A DNA stretch of 64,000 bases, from the NCBI GenBank assembly GCA_016794125.1, contig JAEUKT010000002.1, positions 719,396 to 783,395 on the forward strand. The letters are read 5' to 3'. The notes beneath the pieces are model-generated. The model was not told the DNA's origin. It searched no databases and saw only the letters and a program-made list of their open reading frames with translations. Shown one piece after another: positions 16,425-25,424 of the stretch (positions within the stretch are counted from its first letter, which is position 1; each line of letters starts with the position of its first letter). The position numbers and the translations under genes are program-made. Source of the stretch: Alphaproteobacteria bacterium. GTDB taxonomy: Bacteria > Pseudomonadota > Alphaproteobacteria > Micavibrionales > UBA2020.

Positions 16425-18506
16425 TCAAATCGCGTTCAGCAGGTCGTCCAGCATCTTTTCGGACGCGGAAATCATGCGCGCCGCCGCCGCATAGGCGGTC
16501 TGCACGCGGATCAATTCCGATACTTCTTGGTCAAGGTCCACGCCGCTTTCATCGGTGAAGCGGGTCGTGAGCGTCTGCAAATAACTGTCTTCCTGCGTTG
16601 CCGCCGATTTTGCGGCGTTCGCGTCCTGCGCCTGGTCGGTCAGCACGGCGCGCGAAAAATCCTCGATCGACGCGTTCGCCACAAGCCCGATGGAAAGGCC
16701 GCCATTCGGCCCCAGGTTGCTCTGGCGGAACGCGGTATGCGGCAGGTTGGTCACGGTCACGCCCATCGCGGCAAGCGGCGTGCCGACGCTGTTTTGCAGC
16801 GTGATGTCGCCGCCGTTGACGGGGGTCAGGATCAGCTCGCCGCCGGTGCCCAGCGTCGCGGACAAATTCGGGATCGCGTTCAGCTGCGCCAGAAGCTCGA
16901 CTGCGGTGTCGCCGGGGGCGATGGAAACCGAAATGGCGTTCTGGCTGCCGACCTTCACGGTGAATGCCGGGTTCTGCGCGGGATAGGCCGTAAAATCAAG
17001 GCCAAGGTCCTGGATGCCCGCGCCAAGGTCGATATCGGTGATCGTGATGTCGCCCGTGCCGGTCAGCACCAGCTGCCCGCCGCTCGACAATGCCGCCACG
17101 TTCGATCCCGCCGCCGCGTTGATGTTGTTCACAAGGTCCAGCGCGGTGTCGCCCGGGTTGATCGTCACGTTGAACGGGCCGGCACCCGTATCGATCATGA
17201 AATTCGCAGGCGCGGTGATATTGGGCGCGGCATCAAGGTCGGGGGTGATGGCGGTCAGGCTGGTCGTGCCGTTGATGCGGTTCGATTGTGTCAACCCCAG
17301 CACGGTGAACAGGTCGCCGCCGGAAATATCGACGGTGCCGGCGGCGGTCTGCGACTGATACGCGCCCAGCGCGAATTCGGAAATGCGGCGGATGACTTCG
17401 TTCGATCCCGCGGGAATGACCTGGTTGGTCGTGCCGGTGCGCAGCAGCGCCGGGTTGTCGATCACCGCCTGGTTGACGCGGATCTGGCCCGCGAAACCGG
17501 AATAGCCCGTGATGCCGGGATCGGCGACGTTCGGGGGCACGTTGCCGTTCGCGTCGGTGAACAGGCGCAGGCCTTGTTGTTCGAAACGGAAGGCAAGTTT
17601 TTGCGCCATTTCGTCCATCTGCGCCTGATAGGTCGGCAGGGTGTCGTCGCGCAAGCTGAACAGCGCGCCCAGTTCGCCGCCGATCTGCCCCTGCGGCACT
17701 TCGGTGCCGGTGATATAGCCGATATGCAGCCCGTCCGCGCCGCCGCCCGGATAATAGGTGTTTGCGTCCTGGCTGCTTTTCGTGAAAAACAGCTGCTTTG
17801 CATCGCCATCGACCAGCGGCTGGCCCTGTTTGGTCATCACGACCATCTTGTTGTTGCTGTCGGTCACGGTCGTGACCTCGATATATTTCGACACCTGCGC
17901 CACCGCCATGTCGCGTTTATCCTCGAGGTCGGCGGCGGATTTTCCGGCGGCGGTCAGGTTCTGGATCTGCACGTTCAGCGACGCGATGACCTTCAGCTGG
18001 TTGTTGACTTCGGCAACGCCGGCGGAAATCTTGTCTTCCGTCTCGTTCTTCATGTCGTTCATCAGCTTGGTGAAGGAATTGAAGGTATCGGCCACCTGCC
18101 GCGCCTGCGCGACCGTGTTCGCCAGCTGCGTCGTGCTGTTCGGGTCGGACGACAGGGTGGAAAACGCGTCGCCCAGCTTGCCGATCTTGGCGGAGATAGA
18201 GCTTGCGGCCTCCGACGCGCCGTGGAACGACTGGATACGGTCGAGGAAATTCGCCGTCACCGTCGCGCCCGACGATACGCTGGTCTGCTTCATCATGTCG
18301 CGGATCAGGTTCTTGTCGACGCTGCGCATGATGGCGTTCAGCTCGACGCCCATGCCCACGCCGCCGACCACCAGCGTCTGGGTCGGCAAAATCTTCCGGG
18401 TAAATCCGGGCGTAGAGGCGTTCGAAATGTTATTGGATATGGTGTCGAGCTGGCGCTGTGCCGCCCGAAGCCCGCTTAACGCCGCATCTAGTGATAATGT
18501 TGACAT
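16425..18506 (-). CDS. flgK: Flagellar hook-associated protein 1 FlgK
   Basis: The N-terminus MSTLSLDAALSGLRAAQRQLDTISNNISNASTPGFTRK and the C-terminal ELIRVQTAYAAAARMISASEKMLDDLLN are canonical for FlgK. Confidence 0.9.
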   Translation of the reverse strand: MSTLSLDAALSGLRAAQRQLDTISNNISNASTPGFTRKILPTQTLVVGGVGMGVELNAIMRSVDKNLIRDMMKQTSVSSGATVTANFLDRIQSFHGASEAASSISAKIGKLGDAFSTLSSDPNSTTQLANTVAQARQVADTFNSFTKLMNDMKNETEDKISAGVAEVNNQLKVIASLNVQIQNLTAAGKSAADLEDKRDMAVAQVSKYIEVTTVTDSNNKMVVMTKQGQPLVDGDAKQLFFTKSSQDANTYYPGGGADGLHIGYITGTEVPQGQIGGELGALFSLRDDTLPTYQAQMDEMAQKLAFRFEQQGLRLFTDANGNVPPNVADPGITGYSGFAGQIRVNQAVIDNPALLRTGTTNQVIPAGSNEVIRRISEFALGAYQSQTAAGTVDISGGDLFTVLGLTQSNRINGTTSLTAITPDLDAAPNITAPANFMIDTGAGPFNVTINPGDTALDLVNNINAAAGSNVAALSSGGQLVLTGTGDITITDIDLGAGIQDLGLDFTAYPAQNPAFTVKVGSQNAISVSIAPGDTAVELLAQLNAIPNLSATLGTGGELILTPVNGGDITLQNSVGTPLAAMGVTVTNLPHTAFRQSNLGPNGGLSIGLVANASIEDFSRAVLTDQAQDANAAKSAATQEDSYLQTLTTRFTDESGVDLDQEVSELIRVQTAYAAAARMISASEKMLDDLLNAI

Positions 18507-18547
18507 GGCTGCACCATTGTTAAAAACACTTCTTCCGCAGGTATATA

Positions 18548-18563
18548 AGCAATAGCCGTGCCA
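18548..18563 (-). promoter_or_regulatory. Sigma-54 (-24/-12) promoter of flgK-flgL
   Basis: The minus strand reads TGGCAC-GGCTA-TTGCT, a perfect TGGCAC-N5-TTGC core, about 40 nt upstream of the flgK ATG. Confidence 0.65.
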
Positions 18564-18633
18564 GATCGGGCATTTACGGATAAATCGTTATAAATCAATA
18601 GGTTGAATTTAAGGTTGCTGCCCGTTCAAGAAA

Positions 18634-18649
18634 TGGCACATCCCTTGCA
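18634..18649 (+). promoter_or_regulatory. Sigma-54 (-24/-12) promoter of the divergent gene 18681..19826
   Basis: The plus strand reads TGGCAC-ATCCC-TTGCA. AAGGAG is at 18663 and the ATG at 18681. Confidence 0.65.
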
Positions 18650-18680
18650 ACGACAATTGGCAAAGGAGCATCCGGGTTCA

Positions 18681-19826
18681 ATGATTGAATCATCGACATA
18701 TACATCTGGCTTCAGGGGCGAAGACCGCACGGCGGGTATGCCGTCATCCATATCTTCGGGTATGACATCGTCGCGCGCCATGATGTCGGATGCCGCGAAA
18801 TTCTCGGGCATGGTCGATGAGGCATCCAAAGCGGGCGAGACAAAAACCGCCGACACCAAGGAAAAATCCGGCTTTGAAAGTTTCCTCAGCTTCCTGGGCG
18901 CGATCATCGATATCATCAACCCGCTCCAGCATATTCCGGTCATCAGCACGATCTACCGCAACATCACGGGCGATGAAATCAACCCGCTGGCGCGCGTCGC
19001 GGGCGATGCGCTGTACGGCGGCGCGATCGGCGCGGCGGTCGGCATCGTCGATGTCGCGGTGGAAAGCAAGACCGGCAAGGATATCGGCGGCAACGTCGTG
19101 GCGATGCTGACCGGTGATGAAAAAGGCAAAGAGCTTGCGGACGATGTGCAGGTCGCCGACAACAACAACGGCCAGCGTTTGCAGGATATCGTCTGGAACG
19201 ACGTGCCACCCGCCGATAAAGCGCAGGGCGTATTGTATGCGCGCAGCGAAGCGGAAGGCGATAAGGCCCGCGCCGCGCTGTCGCCCGCAGCACCTGCCAC
19301 ACAACAACCCGTCAACGATGATGCCGCGCGTAATGCGCTGATGGCCTTCGCGCGCGATATGCGTAACGGCGGCGAAGCGCCGCAAACTATAAACGGCGGC
19401 GAAGCTGCGGCGCAGGATATCGATGTCACCGCGATGGTGAAAAACGACAAACCGCAGGGCGTGCTGTATGCCCGCGACGATGCAAGCCTGAATTCGATCA
19501 GACAGAATTTTCCGTCTTCCCCGGGACCCGCTCCTACAAAGCTGTCCTATCGCACGGGGGCGACCGGAAATGAACCGGCGGCCTACTCCTACAAAGATGG
19601 CACGATGGTTCCTACAGCGAAGAGCGGACCTGCTGGCAGCAACGGCATAATGCCCGCGCAAGGCAAGGTGAATGTCAAAACCGCGCTTCTTTCACAAGAA
19701 GTTCCGGCGGCGTCGGGCGAGAATCGCGCCGTGCCGCCGGAACTGATTGCTGACGTCCCGCGCGAGCTGATTGCGCAGCGCATGATGGCCGGGCTGGATA
19801 AATACGCCGCGATGAGCCGCCTGTAA
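18681..19826 (+). CDS. Hypothetical protein, probably in the flagellar regulon
   Basis: Start moved from 18603 to 18681 because a sigma-54 promoter lies inside the longer ORF. Conserved-looking segment: FESFLSFLGAIIDIINPLQHIPVISTIYRNITGDEINPLARVAGDALYGG. Internal repeat: K(A/P)QGVLYAR. Confidence 0.6.
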   Translation: MIESSTYTSGFRGEDRTAGMPSSISSGMTSSRAMMSDAAKFSGMVDEASKAGETKTADTKEKSGFESFLSFLGAIIDIINPLQHIPVISTIYRNITGDEINPLARVAGDALYGGAIGAAVGIVDVAVESKTGKDIGGNVVAMLTGDEKGKELADDVQVADNNNGQRLQDIVWNDVPPADKAQGVLYARSEAEGDKARAALSPAAPATQQPVNDDAARNALMAFARDMRNGGEAPQTINGGEAAAQDIDVTAMVKNDKPQGVLYARDDASLNSIRQNFPSSPGPAPTKLSYRTGATGNEPAAYSYKDGTMVPTAKSGPAGSNGIMPAQGKVNVKTALLSQEVPAASGENRAVPPELIADVPRELIAQRMMAGLDKYAAMSRL

Positions 19827-19871
19827 CAGCGCGTATTTTGATTTCATTCCCGTCCTGTGCCATGATGGCGC

Positions 19872-20405
19872 ATGAACATCGTCGTCCAGACATCGTCGCC
19901 CACCGCCACCACCGGCGTGCTTTTCATCGGCCAGCAGAGATATGACTGCACGCTGGGCCGCACGGGCGTGACGCTCGACAAGGTTGAAGGCGACGGCAAG
20001 ACGCCGGTTGGCACCTACCCCTTTCGTTATGTGCTGTACCGCGCCGACCGCATCGAAAAACCAGAAACCGGCTTGCCCGTGCATGAACTGACGCCGCAGA
20101 CGGGCTGGTGCGAAGATCCCGCGCATGCGGATTACAACCTGCAAATCACCCTGCCGCATCCGTCCGTGCATGACCGCATGACGCGCGACGACAACCTGTA
20201 CGATATCTGCGTCGTGATCGGGTATAACGACGCGCCCGTTGTGGCCGGAAAAGGCAGCGCGATTTTCATGCATCTGGCCCGCCCCGATTTCACGCCGACG
20301 GCGGGCTGCGTGGGGCTTAGATTCGCCGACCTTGTGGATGTGCTGAAGCAGCTGGATTCTGCCAGCCTTATCACGGTCTTGCCGCCGCCCGATTCACGGT
20401 CTTGA
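19872..20405 (+). CDS. L,D-transpeptidase catalytic-domain (YkuD-like) protein
   Basis: C-terminal motif GSAIFMHLARPDFTPTAGCVGL fits the YkuD H..(n)..GC signature. Confidence 0.65.
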   Translation: MNIVVQTSSPTATTGVLFIGQQRYDCTLGRTGVTLDKVEGDGKTPVGTYPFRYVLYRADRIEKPETGLPVHELTPQTGWCEDPAHADYNLQITLPHPSVHDRMTRDDNLYDICVVIGYNDAPVVAGKGSAIFMHLARPDFTPTAGCVGLRFADLVDVLKQLDSASLITVLPPPDSRS

Positions 20406-20456
20406 CCTTGTTTTGGAAAGTCTTATGATGCCCTTCATTCCGAAGGGAGCCGTATT

Positions 20457-20753
20457 ATGCCAAAATCGAACCTGCAGACCCGCGACGACGACGAACAAGA
20501 AGAAAAAACCGTCCCCACGAACGTATCCGGCCAGCGCCTGAAATCCTTCCTGGAACGCATCGAGCGTCTGGAGGAGGAGAAAAAAGCCCTCGCGGAAGAC
20601 ATTCGCGACGTTTACAGCGAAGCGAAAAGCCTTGGCTTCGAGGTCAAGATCATGCGCAAAATCGTCTCATTACGCAAAACCAACGTCGAAAAACGCCGCG
20701 AGGAAGCCGAACTGCTCGAGCTTTACATGTCGGCAATCGGTATGGCTGAGTAA
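20457..20753 (+). CDS. gapR: GapR-like nucleoid-associated protein (DUF2312/UPF0335)
   Basis: QRLKSFLERIERLEEEKKALAEDIRDVYSEAKSLGFEVKIMRKIVSLRK...LLELYMSAIGM closely follows the alphaproteobacterial GapR sequence pattern. Confidence 0.8.
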   Translation: MPKSNLQTRDDDEQEEKTVPTNVSGQRLKSFLERIERLEEEKKALAEDIRDVYSEAKSLGFEVKIMRKIVSLRKTNVEKRREEAELLELYMSAIGMAE

Positions 20754-20891
20754 TTTTTCCTGCGGGATTAGGAAAACCAGACGCAAAAAAGTTAAGGATT
20801 TAAACGGCAAAGGCTTTTATACTGGCCTCTGCCGTATTATCCTTGATGCCACGGCTTTACGGCTTTCCTCGAAGGGCACCCGCACCTAAAA

Positions 20892-22337
20892 ATGAAACAG
20901 CGCGCATATATTCCCCTTTTCGTCGCGGCGGCCCTGTCGCTCAGCATCACCGCCACCACTGCCTATGCGCAGGAAACAGTCACGTTCGAAGACGCGATCT
21001 CCGCCTTCAACTACGGCGACAACGATCTTGCGAACAAGCATTTCTGGAAGCTGGCGGGGCAGGGCGACGCGCGCGCGCAATATTACCTCGCCTATATGCT
21101 CGATGCGGGCCTTGGCACCGGTCAGGACATGAACGGCGCGGCCAACTGGTACAAAAAATCGGCGGAGCAGGACTTCCTGCCCGCGGTCGTCTATATGGGC
21201 TACATCTACAGCCAGGGCCGCGGCGTTGCGAAGGATGAAAAAGAAGCCTTCAAGTGGTACACGCGCGCGGCGCAGATGGGCGACGCGGTCGCGCAGAACA
21301 ACCTGGCGACCATGCTGCTGGTCGGCAAGCCCTACACGAAAAACGCGCCGCTTGCGGCGCAGTGGTTCCTGCAATCCGCGATGCAGGGCAACATGCGCGC
21401 GCAATACAACCTTGCCACCATGTACCGCACCGGCGACGGCGTGGGCCGCAATTACAAAGAAGCGCTGAAATGGTACAGCTTCGCCGCCAACCAGGGCGAC
21501 ATGTACGCGCAGAACGCGCTGGGTTACATGTACCGCAAGGGGCTTGGCACCGACCGCCCGCCTGCGGACGCGACCGAAGAACAAAAAGCCGCGATCGAGC
21601 TTGCGAACAAGCAGCAGGCGATCGAATGGTATCGCCGCGCCGCCGAACAGGGCCACATGAAATCGCAGATGGCGCTGGCCGTCATGTATGAACTGGGCGA
21701 AGCGGGATCGGAGCGCGGCCCCGACGAAGCGGCGGTCTGGTATTTCAGCGCCGCGCGCCAGGGCAACGAACGCGCCATGCACCGTCTTGGCTATTTCTAC
21801 GAACGCGGGCCCGAAGCCTGCCCGACCGACAAGACCTGCGAACGCCCCGAGCGCGAAGGCCGCGGCCTGCCCAAAGACGACAAAGAAGCGCTGAAGTGGT
21901 ACAAAAAGGCGGCGGAGGAAAAGAACTTCACCCCGTCCATCATCGCGCTTGCGCGTTTCTACCAGAACGGCCTTGGCGGTTTGCGCAAGGACCCGAAAAA
22001 AGCGCTGGATCTTTATAACAAGGCAGCCGGCCGCAGCGACCCCGTCGCCATGCTGGAACTGGCGCGCATGTACCGCGAAGGATCGGGCGTGCCCAAGGAT
22101 AACGTCCGCGCGCTGCAATGGTACGGCCTTGCCTATAACGCGCTGCAGGAGCAGGGCAAAAACCCGAAAGGCCCGCTGCCCGACCCCGATCTTGAAACGG
22201 AAGCGACCAAGTGGCGCATTTACCTGCGCAACAACATGTCGAAAAACGACATCGAAAACGCGACCCGCCTGATCAACCAGTGGCGCCCGACATATATCAG
22301 CGACCCCGGCAGCCAGCCGCTCTTCTACGACAAGTAG
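20892..22337 (+). CDS. Sel1-repeat (SLR/TPR-like) secreted protein
   Basis: Signal peptide plus about 10 repeats of the Sel1 signature (A..WY.KAA.QG...AQ..LG.MY..G.GV.KD...A..WY). Confidence 0.85.
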   Translation: MKQRAYIPLFVAAALSLSITATTAYAQETVTFEDAISAFNYGDNDLANKHFWKLAGQGDARAQYYLAYMLDAGLGTGQDMNGAANWYKKSAEQDFLPAVVYMGYIYSQGRGVAKDEKEAFKWYTRAAQMGDAVAQNNLATMLLVGKPYTKNAPLAAQWFLQSAMQGNMRAQYNLATMYRTGDGVGRNYKEALKWYSFAANQGDMYAQNALGYMYRKGLGTDRPPADATEEQKAAIELANKQQAIEWYRRAAEQGHMKSQMALAVMYELGEAGSERGPDEAAVWYFSAARQGNERAMHRLGYFYERGPEACPTDKTCERPEREGRGLPKDDKEALKWYKKAAEEKNFTPSIIALARFYQNGLGGLRKDPKKALDLYNKAAGRSDPVAMLELARMYREGSGVPKDNVRALQWYGLAYNALQEQGKNPKGPLPDPDLETEATKWRIYLRNNMSKNDIENATRLINQWRPTYISDPGSQPLFYDK

Positions 22338-22344
22338 GATTTCC

Positions 22345-23352
22345 ATGACAAAAAAAGGTTCCGACTCCCCCGAACACGGCCTGATCATCGGGCTTTCCGC
22401 CGTTGCCTGCGCGGTCGAGGGGCATGAACCCAAGGTTTTCATCGTGCGCGGCGCGGCGCACGCATTATCTGCGGGCGTGCATCCGACGAACGAAGAAGGC
22501 GACGCGCTGCCCTTCGGCCCGTTCGATCCGCAGCGCCATGCGACGCTGGAAATCGGCCTGCGCGGCTGGGTGAAGGAACAAACGCCGCTGAACCCCGGCT
22601 ATGTGGAGCAGCTTTACACCTTCGGCAACCGCGGGCGTTACGCGGGCGACGCAGCTGAATCCAGCCGCGTCATTTCCATCGGCTATCTTGCGCTTACCTA
22701 TCAGGAAAAAACCCGCACGACCGACAACGTGTTCTGGGGCGACTGGTACAGCTATTTCCCGTGGGAAGACTGGCGCCACGGCAAGCCCAAGATCATCAGC
22801 GACGTGATCGAACAGGGGCTGAAGCGCTGGATCAACGCTGCAGAAACCAAAGAAGAAAAAAACGGCCGCCGCACGCGCACCAACCTTCTGTTCGGCCTCG
22901 ACGACATTCCGTGGGACGAGGAAAAGGTGCTGGAGCGGTACGAGCTTTTGTACGAAGCCAAGCTTGTCTATGAAAGCATTCGCGACAAGGGCATCAAGGT
23001 CGATTATGTCCTTGTCCCCGGACGTTCCATGCTCTACGACCACCGCCGCATCCTCGCAACCGCCATGGGCCGCCTGCGCGGCAAATTGAAATACCGCCCC
23101 GTGGTGTTCGAATTGATGCCGCCCGAATTCACGCTGCTGCATTTGCAAAAAACGGTCGAGGCGATTGTCGGCCATACGCTGCACAAGCAAAACTTCCGCC
23201 GCCTGGTCGAAGGTTCCGGCATGGTCGAGGAAATCCCCGGCAAGAAATCCGCCGAAGCGGGCGGCCGCCCGGCATCGCTGTTCCGTTTCCGCAAGGACGT
23301 GGTGTTCGAACGCCCCGCCCCCGGCGTGAAACTGTCGCCGGCGATGGGCTGA
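22345..23352 (+). CDS. NrtR-like Nudix-related transcriptional regulator (degenerate Nudix box)
   Basis: C-terminal wHTH pattern (DHRRILATAMGRLRGKLKYRPVVFELMPPEFTLLHLQKTVEAIVGHTLHKQNFRR...GRPASLFRF). The N-terminal Nudix-fold pattern (EQLYTFGNRGR..SRVISIGYLAL) lacks a canonical Nudix box. Confidence 0.55.
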   Translation: MTKKGSDSPEHGLIIGLSAVACAVEGHEPKVFIVRGAAHALSAGVHPTNEEGDALPFGPFDPQRHATLEIGLRGWVKEQTPLNPGYVEQLYTFGNRGRYAGDAAESSRVISIGYLALTYQEKTRTTDNVFWGDWYSYFPWEDWRHGKPKIISDVIEQGLKRWINAAETKEEKNGRRTRTNLLFGLDDIPWDEEKVLERYELLYEAKLVYESIRDKGIKVDYVLVPGRSMLYDHRRILATAMGRLRGKLKYRPVVFELMPPEFTLLHLQKTVEAIVGHTLHKQNFRRLVEGSGMVEEIPGKKSAEAGGRPASLFRFRKDVVFERPAPGVKLSPAMG

Positions 23353-23375
23353 TATCTATCGCGAGATATTCTTAA

Positions 23376-23843
23376 TTACTGATCCGCGTCCTTCGATTCC
23401 AATTTTTTTATCTTGGCATCTATGCTGGATAGGAAACTTTCGCCGTTATTTTCTCCTCTTTCTATCGCACGCCTCGCCCAGAACCGTGCACGCAAAAGAC
23501 TCATCAAATTGCCCTCATCATCGGCAAGAAAACTCGCATAATTATGTGCATTATTAGCATCGCCATTTTCCGCGGCTATTTGAGCCCAATATAATGTTTG
23601 TTTGTCGTCCTTTTTGTAAACTGCGTAATACTCCATAAGCTGATACCCTGCCGAGGGCGCGCCATCCAGCGCGTCTTTTTTCAATTTTAAAAGCTCTTCG
23701 TCCGACAACTGAAGGCTATCTTGCATACGTATTGAGTTAGCGGGCATTTGGGAAAGAAAGTAAGCCTTCTGATATTCTCTGGCACAGAAAAAGGCTACGC
23801 CTATTAAAAGAACGGATGTCACAAACATAGTGAATCGTTTCAT
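23376..23843 (-). CDS. Small Sel1-like repeat protein in an AT-rich island
   Basis: Start moved to the ATG at 23843 (MKRFTMFVTSVLLIGVAFF..). Sel1-like repeats (..GYQLMEYYAVYKKDDKQTLYWAQIAAENGDANNAHNYASFL..). The DNA is visibly AT-richer than the flanks. Confidence 0.6.
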   Translation of the reverse strand: MKRFTMFVTSVLLIGVAFFCAREYQKAYFLSQMPANSIRMQDSLQLSDEELLKLKKDALDGAPSAGYQLMEYYAVYKKDDKQTLYWAQIAAENGDANNAHNYASFLADDEGNLMSLLRARFWARRAIERGENNGESFLSSIDAKIKKLESKDADQ

Positions 23844-24111
23844 GAACAGCTCCGTTTGGCCATCAGCGGGAACATATCTATATCCGTAGATTACTAAAAC
23901 GAGTGTTATGGCGTAAAGGTGTGTTTCGAGAGATCGCAGGCGGAGGTGAAACTGTGACCGGCGATGGGCTGACACCAGATTTTTTCCATGCCGGACTTGT
24001 TCCGGCATCCAAAGGGCAGTTCTGTCGTCATATGAGTCATGCGACGCGCAGACGCGCTGCCAGACCCCCGCACAAGGCGGGGGTGACGCTGTTAATAGGA
24101 TTTTGAATTTT

Positions 24112-24672
24112 TTAAGGCGTCTGTTTCGCCTTTTTGAACCGCGCGGTTTTCGGCGCGGATATTTGGCTGCCCGTGCCGCCCGTTACGGCCTGTGTCATCG
24201 CGGCAGCGCGCGTTGTGGCGATGGTCGATTTCAGGGCACGCCCCGCTGCGGGGTCGCGCATCGCGTCGCTGATGTATTTGCGGATCAGCGTGCCCTGCGC
24301 ATCCTCAACGTCTTTCGCGTAAAAAATCGCGGCATTTCCGCCAGTGTCTTTCGCCTGCGCATCCGCGCCCGCCTCCAGCAGCAGCGCGACGGATTCGGGG
24401 TTGCCGCTGCGCGCGGCCAGCATTAGGGGTGTCATGTTATTCCTTGCGCCCATTTCCACAGACGCGCCCCTGCGGATCAGCAGGTCGACCATTTCGGGGC
24501 GTTTTGCCGCGATGGCGTGGTGCAGCACGCTGTAATCGTCGTCGCGGTCTTCACGCCAGCGCCACGCATCGGGGTTGTCGGCGAAAATCTCCAGCACCAG
24601 CGGCATGTTGCCGTCGGATACCGCAGCAATGAATTTAAAGCTGTCGAGGATGGTGTATTTCGGCTTCGTCAC
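24112..24672 (-). CDS. Ankyrin-repeat protein
   Basis: ANK signatures (SVLHHAIAAKRPEMVDLLIRRGASVE..NMTPLMLAARSGNPESVALLLEAGADAQAKD). The GTG start overlaps the upstream gene's stop (GTGA). Tail: ..GGTGSQISAPKTARFKKAKQTP. Confidence 0.8.
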   Translation of the reverse strand: MTKPKYTILDSFKFIAAVSDGNMPLVLEIFADNPDAWRWREDRDDDYSVLHHAIAAKRPEMVDLLIRRGASVEMGARNNMTPLMLAARSGNPESVALLLEAGADAQAKDTGGNAAIFYAKDVEDAQGTLIRKYISDAMRDPAAGRALKSTIATTRAAAMTQAVTGGTGSQISAPKTARFKKAKQTP

Positions 24673-25142
24673 GCCGTGCGTCCCGGCCCTTTGCTGAAGC
24701 TGGCGGTTTTGGGCGCAGCGACACTGCCCTCCGTCCCGCCCGACACTGCCGTCGTGATGCCCGCAAGGGTTTGCAGTTTTTCCCCCTCCGCGACCTGCGC
24801 GGCGGTGACTTCGGCGGCTTTGCGTTTTTCGCGCTCCTCCGCGTCCTGAATCTTGCGGCGGTCGTCAAGCGCGTTCAGGAATTCGAAATTGGTGTCGTAG
24901 GTCGCCACGCGCATCTGCACTTCGATAATAGGGTCGTCGAAATCGACATGCGCGCCCGCGTTCATCAGCACCGTCGCGGCATCCAGATTGCTGGAACGGA
25001 TCGCGAGCATCACGGCGCTGACTTCTTTTTCCTGCGGCTGGCGGATGTAATTGGCGGGGTCGTCATACACGGTGGGCTCGAAAGCGGGCGGCGCGGTTTC
25101 ATTTTTGCCGACCAGTTTTTTAAAGATATCGCGCAGCCCCAT
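24669..25142 (-). CDS. Ankyrin-like protein, tail paralog of 24112..24672
   Basis: Start set at the ATG at 25142 (GAGGG about 7 nt upstream). One ANK-like unit (AVMLAIRSSNLDAATVLMNAGAHVD). Tail ..GGTEGSVAAPKTASFSKGPGRTA parallels the neighbour. Confidence 0.6.
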   Translation of the reverse strand: MGLRDIFKKLVGKNETAPPAFEPTVYDDPANYIRQPQEKEVSAVMLAIRSSNLDAATVLMNAGAHVDFDDPIIEVQMRVATYDTNFEFLNALDDRRKIQDAEEREKRKAAEVTAAQVAEGEKLQTLAGITTAVSGGTEGSVAAPKTASFSKGPGRTA

Positions 25143-25424
25143 GGATTCGCCCTCATGTTTAACGATGGCCAATTCTATCACGTGATTGCTTATGAAAAGG
25201 TAAAAGCCCGGGTGATTCTATATATGATGCAGGCTGACGGGTTAAAACGGGCAAAACACGCGGCGTAATCTGGCTCTAAGTAACTGAAATTAAATGGGAA
25301 TAAATTATGCTCAAGTTAATCATATCTTCATTGACTTATGCTCTAATGGATTATATATCTTATACTCAGAGAGAGCAGAAAACGGTCCGGCCTTAAAGGG
25401 ACCGAAAATTCAGGAGCCCAAAAG

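Noticed and set aside
18603-18680. The ORF-track start at 18603 for the gene divergent from flgK.
   Set aside because: A perfect sigma-54 -24/-12 element (18634-18649) and an AAGGAG (18663) lie inside this extension. The ATG at 18681 is the consistent start.
23903-24106. A 67-aa plus-strand ORF between the Sel1-like and ANK genes.
   Set aside because: It has no SD and an atypical composition, and it overlaps the likely promoter and terminator space of the flanking minus-strand genes.
25383-25404. A small hairpin (CGGTCC..GGACCG) in the nadA 5' leader, which might be an NAD riboswitch.
   Set aside because: It is only a 6-bp stem. Nothing resembles the known NAD+ riboswitch classes as far as I can recall, and an NrtR-type protein regulator is encoded nearby.
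23353-25424. Calling the Sel1/ANK island a mobile element.
   Set aside because: No integrase, transposase, tRNA target or flanking direct or inverted repeats are detectable. Only compositional and synteny arguments exist.
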